This document shows, piece after piece, positions 57,381 through 64,000 of a stretch of 64,000 bases of DNA (the first letter of the stretch is position 1; each line of letters starts with the position of its first letter). This DNA comes from Nitrospirota bacterium (GTDB lineage Bacteria; Nitrospirota; Thermodesulfovibrionia; UBA6902; JAJYJJ01), in the NCBI GenBank assembly GCA_021789595.1, contig JAJYJJ010000005.1:44495-108494 (forward strand), read 5' to 3'. The position numbers and the translations under genes are program-made. The notes below the pieces were generated by a model. The model was not told the origin of the DNA and did no database searches. It was given only the letters and a program-made list of their open reading frames with translations.

Positions 57381-58220
57381 TCAAAGCTCCCTGCACACCA
57401 TATTTACCTTGTAACCGCGCTTTTGAAGAAATTTAAAGACCTCCTCGGCAATAACAGGCGAGCGGTGTTTGCCGCCTGTGCAGCCGATTGCAATGGTAAG
57501 ATATGTCCTGCCCTCCCGCTGGTAAAGTGGAATGAGAAATCTCAAAAATGAGAAGAGCCTTGTAAGAAAGTCCTTTGTCTCCTTCTTGGCAAGGACGAAT
57601 CTACTGACCTTTGCATCTCTGCCATTAAGTTGTTTCAGTCCTTCAATGAAATTCGGGTTTGGCAGAAACCTTACATCAAAGACAAGGTCTGCATCGTGGG
57701 GAAGCCCGTATTTATAGCCAAAGCAGATAACCGTGATAGACAGCTCTTCTCCAACTGTCTTTTCTTCATAGCCCTCAAGGATATATGCCCTCAACTGGTG
57801 GGGCGTAAGGGAGGATGTATCCACAATCCTGTCTGCCGCCTCCCTTAAGCCTGACAGCATCAGTCGTTCCTTCTTTATGGCCTGAGCAAGGTCCATATTA
57901 CCCAGCGGATGCGGCCTCCTTGTCTCCTTGTACCTGCGCATGAGGATTGCATCCTCTGCCTCAAGAAAGATGACCTCAACCGTATACTGCTGCTTTAACC
58001 TCCTTTGAACCTGCTCAAAGTTTGTAAGGAAGTCCCTTTCCCTTATGTCTATTCCAAGGGCAATCTTGGTAATATCGCCTGAGCGGCTGCATACATCCAC
58101 AAATGTCCCGATAAGGGATGTGGGAAGGTTATCAACACAGAAAAAACCAATGTCCTCAAACGCCTTGAGTGCAACACTTTTGCCTGCACCAGAAAGCCCG
58201 GTGACTATTACAATAAGCAT
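57381..58220 (-). CDS. rapZ: RNase adapter protein RapZ
   Basis: GLSGAGKS, VDNLP, ETRRPHPL, DVRFLPNP, GCTGGKHRS. Confidence 0.96.
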   Translation of the reverse strand: MLIVIVTGLSGAGKSVALKAFEDIGFFCVDNLPTSLIGTFVDVCSRSGDITKIALGIDIRERDFLTNFEQVQRRLKQQYTVEVIFLEAEDAILMRRYKETRRPHPLGNMDLAQAIKKERLMLSGLREAADRIVDTSSLTPHQLRAYILEGYEEKTVGEELSITVICFGYKYGLPHDADLVFDVRFLPNPNFIEGLKQLNGRDAKVSRFVLAKKETKDFLTRLFSFLRFLIPLYQREGRTYLTIAIGCTGGKHRSPVIAEEVFKFLQKRGYKVNMVCREL

Positions 58221-58227
58221 TGAAGAT

Positions 58228-58755
58228 CTATGACGCTCCCCCCCGTGGTTCTATGAGCCCTATATTGCCGTCATCCCTTTTATAGACGACATTTATATCT
58301 CCTGAGGATGAGTTGGTAAAGACAAAGAACGCCTTGGAAAGCAAATCCATCTGCATTGCAGCCTCTTCTGGAGTCATGGGCTTCATCTCAAAACTCTTCC
58401 TCTTTATTATCTCAGGCTGCCGCTCTTCTTCTTTTGATTCAACCTGGAATGTCTTTCCCTCTCCTTTTCTGTGAGATACGAGTTTTTCCTTGTATTTCTT
58501 AACCTGTTTCTCCAGCTTCTCTACAACATTATCAATGGATGAATACATCTCACCCGTAGTCCCCTCGGCCTGTATAAGGACACCGTTAACCTTAAGAAGC
58601 ACCTCGGCCTTGTGCCGGTATTTCTCAACGCTGAGGGTAACCATGGCCTCCGAGATATTACTCAGGTATTTTTCAAACTTCCTTACCTTCTCCTCTGCGT
58701 AATTCTTAAGATTCTCCGTGACATCCATGTGCCGTCCTGTTACGATCACATTCAT
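58228..58755 (-). CDS. hpf: long-form ribosome hibernation promoting factor
   Basis: VTGRHMDVT, MYSSID, KPMTPEEAAMQM, VVYKRDDG. Confidence 0.95.
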   Translation of the reverse strand: MNVIVTGRHMDVTENLKNYAEEKVRKFEKYLSNISEAMVTLSVEKYRHKAEVLLKVNGVLIQAEGTTGEMYSSIDNVVEKLEKQVKKYKEKLVSHRKGEGKTFQVESKEEERQPEIIKRKSFEMKPMTPEEAAMQMDLLSKAFFVFTNSSSGDINVVYKRDDGNIGLIEPRGGAS

Positions 58756-60212
58756 AGTGTTACCTCCTTAACGGTTGCCTTTTTCCGCCTGTTCTGCGGC
58801 GGGATCTTGAGTTCTGTCCTATACTTTGCTATAGTCCGTCGGGCTACAACTATACTTCTTGCCTTGAGCATCTTAACAAGCTCGCTGTCGCTGAGGGGTC
58901 TGCTTGCATCCTCCTCTGTGATAATCTTTCTTATAATATCCTTCACGCTTGTAGAAGACACCGAACCCCTATCGCCCTTAATGGCAGTGCTGAAGAAGAA
59001 CCTGAAACTGAATATCCCATGTGGGCATTGGACATATTTATTGGATGTGACCCTGCTTATGGTACTTTCATGCATTCCAAGGTCAAGGGCAACATCCCTC
59101 AGGTTCAGCGGTCTTAGAAATTCTATGCCTTTGTCAAAAAACTCCCTCTGAAACTTAAGTATGCTCTCGGCAACTCTATAGATAGTGCTGTTCCTCTGGT
59201 CAAGGCTCTTAAGAAGCCATATGGCAGACTTTAGGCGTTCGTTAAGAAACTGCCTCTCCTCGGGGGACAGCAGTGCCTTATTTGAAAGAAGTCTTCTATA
59301 GTAATTACTCAATCCCAGCCTGGGTATGCCCTCATCATTCAGCACAATGTTATAACCGTCCTCTGTCTTAATAAAATAGACATCAGGGACTATATAATTA
59401 GTCACGCTGTGAAAGAAATTTCTTCCCGGTCGAGGTTCAAGCCCTTCTATGACCTTTACAGCGGATAAGACATCATCGAGGCTTACATCAAGTCTCTTTG
59501 CTATGTTATGGTATCGCTTCTTTTCAAGGTCATCAAGGCAGTCCTTTACAATCCTCTCAACAATGGAACCCTCAAGTCCAAGTTGTCTTATCTGTATGAG
59601 GAGGCACTCGGATACATCCCTGGCACCCACGCCAGGGGGATCAAACCCGTGGATTAGTCTAAGCGCCTTGTTGACAGTCTCAAGCCTGGCAGAGCCAAGC
59701 TCTGCAATCTCCTCTATCGATGCCCGGAGGTACCCATCATCATCCAGATTGGCTATAATAATCTCAGCAATCCCCTTTACCTCCTCTTGTGCATCCGCAA
59801 ACCTCAACTGCCAGAGCAAGTGGTCTGTCAGGTCAGGCTGCCTGGTTAATGTCTGCTCTATCGGAGGTGGTGTTTCTGCGCCTGGTGTAAAATAACCGAG
59901 ATCCCTGCCGTCGCTCCCTCTTTCATCAAAATATTCATCTACCCCAAATCCGAACATCTTATCAAGCATCTTATCAAGGGGAGCCTCTGCATCCCCTATG
60001 AGATCTGTTGATTCAGGAGGTGTTTCTTCCGACTTCTCACCTGCCTCGGCCTCAATAACCTCTTCCAAAAAGGGATTCTCCATCAGCTCCTGACTTAATG
60101 CCTGAGTAAGCTCAAGCTGCGGCAGCTGGAGCAGCTTCAGCGCCTGTTGAAGCTGAGGTGTGAGGATAAGCTTCTGCGCTAACTTAAGTTCAAGTCTATT
60201 TTCAAGCGGCAT
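58752..60212 (-). CDS. rpoN: RNA polymerase sigma-54 factor
   Basis: LTPQLQQAL, DPPGVGAR, HESTISR, RpoN box ARRTIAKYR. Confidence 0.97.
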   Translation of the reverse strand: MPLENRLELKLAQKLILTPQLQQALKLLQLPQLELTQALSQELMENPFLEEVIEAEAGEKSEETPPESTDLIGDAEAPLDKMLDKMFGFGVDEYFDERGSDGRDLGYFTPGAETPPPIEQTLTRQPDLTDHLLWQLRFADAQEEVKGIAEIIIANLDDDGYLRASIEEIAELGSARLETVNKALRLIHGFDPPGVGARDVSECLLIQIRQLGLEGSIVERIVKDCLDDLEKKRYHNIAKRLDVSLDDVLSAVKVIEGLEPRPGRNFFHSVTNYIVPDVYFIKTEDGYNIVLNDEGIPRLGLSNYYRRLLSNKALLSPEERQFLNERLKSAIWLLKSLDQRNSTIYRVAESILKFQREFFDKGIEFLRPLNLRDVALDLGMHESTISRVTSNKYVQCPHGIFSFRFFFSTAIKGDRGSVSSTSVKDIIRKIITEEDASRPLSDSELVKMLKARSIVVARRTIAKYRTELKIPPQNRRKKATVKEVTL

Positions 60213-60934
60213 TACAGTCTAAAATCCTCTCCGAGATACACCTTCCTGACCCTCTGATTATGAACGAGCTCAGAGGGGGTACCAGTTTCAAAGACCCTTC
60301 CATCATTTATTATGTATGCCCTATCTGTAATAGACAGTGTATCCCTCACATTGTGGTCTGTGATTATTACCCCTATGCCCCTGTCCCTGAGGTATCCAAC
60401 GGTCTTCTTCAACTCACCTACGGTTATAGGGTCTATCCCGGCAAATGGCTCATCAAGAAGTATAAAAAGAGGGTCAAGGGCAAATGCCCTCGCTATCTCA
60501 ACCCTCCTTCTTTCACCCCCTGAAAGCATATGCCCCTGCCTTTTAAGGATCGGTTCGAGGTTGAATTCAGCAATAACCGCCTCGGCCTTTTCCATCTGTT
60601 GTCCTTTATCCATTCCCCTTATCTCAAGCACTGCCAGGATGTTTTCCTCAACAGTAAGTTTCCTGAATATAGAGGGCTCTTGCGGAAGATACCCTATTCC
60701 CCTCCTTGCCCTCTCATACATTGGGAAGCTGCTTATATCTTCATCGTCAAGAAATATCCTGCCTGCATCCTGTCTTATTGCGCCAACAATCATATAAAAA
60801 CTTGTGGTCTTGCCTGCGCCATTTGGCCCAAGTAGCCCTATTATCTCTCCTGATGCTATCCTTACATCGAGGTCTGTTACTACTATTTTACCATCATAGC
60901 CCTTTCTGAGTCCCTTAGTCTCAAGAACATGCAT
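60212..60934 (-). CDS. lptB: LPS export ABC ATPase
   Basis: GPNGAGKT, YLPQEPSIFRKL, LSGGERRR, LDEPFAGIDP, TDHNVRDTL. Confidence 0.96.
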   Translation of the reverse strand: MHVLETKGLRKGYDGKIVVTDLDVRIASGEIIGLLGPNGAGKTTSFYMIVGAIRQDAGRIFLDDEDISSFPMYERARRGIGYLPQEPSIFRKLTVEENILAVLEIRGMDKGQQMEKAEAVIAEFNLEPILKRQGHMLSGGERRRVEIARAFALDPLFILLDEPFAGIDPITVGELKKTVGYLRDRGIGVIITDHNVRDTLSITDRAYIINDGRVFETGTPSELVHNQRVRKVYLGEDFRL

Positions 60935-60935
60935 C

Positions 60936-61388
60936 TTAATCCTTTTTCTTGAGGATAGCCTTACTGTCCTTCACTACGGCCATGTCCTCCTTGATGATGT
61001 AGAGTATCTCGCTTCCAGTAATGATATTGTCGCCCTGCGTAGCCATTGGCTCACCTGTAAATATGACCCTGCCGTCCTGCCAGTATGTTGCCTCTTTTGA
61101 TGTTATTATCCTGTCACCCTTTACCACCTTTACATTGCCTGATGCATCAATCTTTCTGATCTCGCCTTTTTTCTCATCGTAATATACGAGCATCCTGTCT
61201 GCATATATCGTCATATCATCTGTCTTTGCAACAACAGAACCCTCAAAGAGCGCTGTATGGGCCTTATTATCTGCGGTGAGGCTCCTTGATGTAATAACCA
61301 CGGTGCTCTTGCTATCTGCCTCTGAGGAGACCACGAGTATAAGAACTGCCATAAGAGACAGGCTAATTATAGAAGATACCCTTGACAT
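60936..61388 (-). CDS. lptA: LPS transport periplasmic protein
   Basis: Signal peptide, FEGSVVA, I-AD, ASGNVK; upstream of lptB. Confidence 0.85.
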   Translation of the reverse strand: MSRVSSIISLSLMAVLILVVSSEADSKSTVVITSRSLTADNKAHTALFEGSVVAKTDDMTIYADRMLVYYDEKKGEIRKIDASGNVKVVKGDRIITSKEATYWQDGRVIFTGEPMATQGDNIITGSEILYIIKEDMAVVKDSKAILKKKD

Positions 61389-61872
61389 CCTGTAAGACCC
61401 TCACCTTCTGCTCCCTTGCCTTTATTATCAGCCCCTTGCCGTCTATGGAGAAATTCTTGCCCTTAATATTTATAGTGTCTTCTGTGGTTATCTCTTCATC
61501 AGCGGCCTTCCATAACAGGGAATCCGTATCAAGGGACATATCATCAACAGTTGCCCTGACATCCTTTATCTTCAAGTTTTTATTCTTAAAATCATATATC
61601 CCCTCTTTACCATTAAGGACAAGACTCCTGCCCTGGTAGATATTTAAGGTCAGGGCATATAGATGTGCATCCTCGCCTCCCTGCCCTATCTCGGCCCTCC
61701 TTGATGTGAGCTCCCACTTCAGGGCACCGTTTTCTGAATGATTTAGCTTTAGCCCGCTGATAGATGAACCTTCTTGTCTGATTCTCACTGTAAAGGGTTT
61801 ATCCTTGTGGAGAAAAATGAATCCTGCTATAGACACGACAATCACCGTCAATATATAAAACCATTTTCTCAT
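61363..61872 (-). CDS. lptC: LPS export protein LptC
   Basis: N-terminal TM, W-L-S--A, L-TDSL-W, position before lptA; start placed at ATG 61872. Confidence 0.8.
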   Translation of the reverse strand: MRKWFYILTVIVVSIAGFIFLHKDKPFTVRIRQEGSSISGLKLNHSENGALKWELTSRRAEIGQGGEDAHLYALTLNIYQGRSLVLNGKEGIYDFKNKNLKIKDVRATVDDMSLDTDSLLWKAADEEITTEDTINIKGKNFSIDGKGLIIKAREQKVRVLQDVKGIFYN

Positions 61873-61940
61873 ATTAAATTCTATCATTTGGACAATGGCA
61901 TTGTAAAGGATGCGACAAGTATAAATAGAAGGAGGAATCT

Positions 61941-63494
61941 TTATCTATGCATCAAACCCTTGCCTATCATTACCCTTGCAACTGCCCTCTGTGCAAGCTC
62001 TGAATCCCAATAGGCAGCAATAAGGTTGTCTGCTTTTAACCCATCAAGGATATAGGGCGAGCCAAAAGAGACTATGGTTGAGCGTTTTGCAATGGCCAGG
62101 GCATCGGTCAAAAAATCATGAAGGGAACTGTCAAGTCCACTTCTGCCTTTCCATGCCGCTATCTTTGAAAATATTGCTATAACAGTATCCCTGTCCTTTA
62201 TATGATTCAGCATCTCCTGCTTCTCCTTATTGAGATTGTCTCTATCAATATAAAAGGAATTGACATCTGGAAATCCTTCCCTGACGGCATCTGTGAAGAA
62301 ATCTCCTGCGCCTGAATTATCGTCATCTACAATCACCACTACTGAATTGCTGACAAGAGATGCCCTGCCTTTAATCACCCTGACAGCCTTTTCTGTTATA
62401 AGCCTCGAAATCTCCTGATGCCGATGTTTGCCTATAAAAGATTCCCACTCTTTCCTGGACAGGACAGGATACTGCGATAGCTTTAACTTCTGTTTTATGG
62501 CCTTTATACGGATATTAGACTCCTCCACCCTCTTATTTATGCCAGGGGCATTTGATAACAGTGACCCTATAATAGTCTCTGCAGAGGTTGGATGAAGCAG
62601 TATGTCAGCGCCTGACTTAATGGCCAGGAGACATGCCTCTTGCTCGGAATAATAATTCCTTATCCCTCCCATGTTCATGGCATCAGTAAGGACAAGGCCG
62701 TTGAAACCCATCTGCCTTCTAAGAAGTCCCCGGATAACCTTTTCTGAGAGGCTTGAGGGCATGTCCGGGTCTACTGCATCTACTCTGAGATGACCCACCA
62801 TTATCATGTCAACCCCCTGTTTTATCGCCTGTAAAAAGGGCATCAGCTCTACCTTCTTGAGCCTTTCCATATCAGCCTTTAGAATCGGCAGGGCATTGTG
62901 TGAATCCATCTCAGTGTCGCCATGCCCGGGGAAGTGTTTTGCACATGCAGAAAGTCCTATCGGGAAATCTGGCAGGGACTGCGTTTCCACAGCCGAGGTC
63001 CTTTGATGCTGAATCCCTTTAATAAACTCCTTCCCAAACCATGCAACCTTTTCAGGGTCGCTGGAAAATGAACGGGTGCATATGATAGGATTCCTGGGGT
63101 TTGTATCTACATCAAGGACAGGCGACAGGATTACATTAATACCGACAGCCCTTGCCTCCATCGCCATGATGTATATAGCATCTCTGAGAAGTCTTACATC
63201 CTCCTTATCCTCGTGGTCTATTGCCTCTGCAATGGCCCTTGCCTTTGGAAACAATGTACCGCCTTTTACCTGCTGGCCAAGCCCCTGCTCAAGGTCTGAG
63301 GCTATAAACAGTGGAATCTCGGATGCCTTCTGGAGGTCATTGATTGCCCTTATAACCTCTTCCAATCCACCGCCAAAGAGTATGAATCCACCTATGCCTT
63401 GTTTAACAAGGCTCAGGTAGTGGTCAAATCTCTCATGGAGTCTGTCCCCATCAAGCCTTGCAATGACAAGCTGTGCAACATCCCCTGGAAGCAT
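61941..63494 (-). CDS. nagZ: GH3 beta-N-acetylhexosaminidase (NagZ-like, two-domain)
   Basis: SDLEQG, PVLDV--NP-NP, KHFPGHGDTEMDSH, LTDAMNM. Confidence 0.88.
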   Translation of the reverse strand: MLPGDVAQLVIARLDGDRLHERFDHYLSLVKQGIGGFILFGGGLEEVIRAINDLQKASEIPLFIASDLEQGLGQQVKGGTLFPKARAIAEAIDHEDKEDVRLLRDAIYIMAMEARAVGINVILSPVLDVDTNPRNPIICTRSFSSDPEKVAWFGKEFIKGIQHQRTSAVETQSLPDFPIGLSACAKHFPGHGDTEMDSHNALPILKADMERLKKVELMPFLQAIKQGVDMIMVGHLRVDAVDPDMPSSLSEKVIRGLLRRQMGFNGLVLTDAMNMGGIRNYYSEQEACLLAIKSGADILLHPTSAETIIGSLLSNAPGINKRVEESNIRIKAIKQKLKLSQYPVLSRKEWESFIGKHRHQEISRLITEKAVRVIKGRASLVSNSVVVIVDDDNSGAGDFFTDAVREGFPDVNSFYIDRDNLNKEKQEMLNHIKDRDTVIAIFSKIAAWKGRSGLDSSLHDFLTDALAIAKRSTIVSFGSPYILDGLKADNLIAAYWDSELAQRAVARVMIGKGLMHR

Positions 63495-63584
63495 GTTTTA
63501 GTATAACAGAATCTTCATAGCCAAAGGTTTCTCATGACGGCCTCCCCTTGACTTATTAGCGTCAATTAAATTATTTTTTATCTA

Positions 63585-64000
63585 ATGGAAGAAAGCATAA
63601 CAAGGGCATTTCAGGAGAGCATTCGGGTAAAAGAGAGGTTCTTCAGGGACAACATTGCCAACATAATAGATGTATCGAGGCTTATTGCAGATACCTTTAT
63701 AAAGGGCAATAAACTCGTCCTCTTTGGCAATGGCGGAAGCGCAACCGATGCATCACACATAGCAGGGGAGTTTATAAACAGGTTTAAGAGAGACCGGCCA
63801 GGACTTCCAGCCATTGCGCTTAACACAGATATGGCTGTTATAACATCCATCGCGAATGACTATGACTATTCCGAGGTATTTGCCCGACAACTGAAGGCGC
63901 TTGCTGTGGAAGGCGACATAGCTATCGCTATAAGCACAAGTGGAAGCTCGCCCAATGTCCTCAAGGCTGTTGATGCGGCAAAGAAAAGGAGGCTTAAGGT
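63585..64000 (+). CDS. gmhA: phosphoheptose isomerase, truncated at the window edge (absent from the ORF track)
   Basis: MEESITRAF...FGNGGSATDASHIAGEFINRF...ALNTD...IANDY...ISTSGSSPNV. Confidence 0.93.
   Translation, partial: MEESITRAFQESIRVKERFFRDNIANIIDVSRLIADTFIKGNKLVLFGNGGSATDASHIAGEFINRFKRDRPGLPAIALNTDMAVITSIANDYDYSEVFARQLKALAVEGDIAIAISTSGSSPNVLKAVDAAKKRRLK

Noticed and set aside
63548-63565. TTGAC-N8-GTCAA palindrome as an FNR/CRP box
   Set aside because: Spacing does not fit TTGAT-N4-ATCAA; it may simply be overlapping divergent -35 boxes for nagZ and gmhA.

Overview
This is a gene-dense window of mostly core genome from a diderm, probably anaerobic bacterium. The gene complement (acsEDC, lptCAB-rpoN, NtrYX, archaeal-type SAM synthetase, two-subunit pyruvate carboxylase) suggests Nitrospirota/Thermodesulfovibrionia or a deltaproteobacterium-like organism, which is an inference. 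It holds about 62 protein genes and one tRNA-Ser(UGA). No CRISPR array, integrase or transposase was seen. The most notable signal is a 20-aa Cys-rich ORF missing from the ORF track (MTIKKLSKRTATTCKCKGSC, 39097-39159, minus strand). It has a strong RBS and its own terminator and lies 41 nt downstream of a radical SAM/SPASM enzyme with an RRE-like N-terminus, making it a candidate minimal two-gene RiPP system next to tRNA-Ser. Other points of interest: a hicBA module bracketed by a 50-bp duplication of the porin 3' end, an unlisted 54-aa Pro-Ala-repeat lipoprotein, a porin with candidate sigma54 and sigma70 promoters and a long leader, several apparently leaderless genes, a Pil-Chp-like chemosensory cluster with an output-less heme-c sensor, and a start-codon duplication at pyk.
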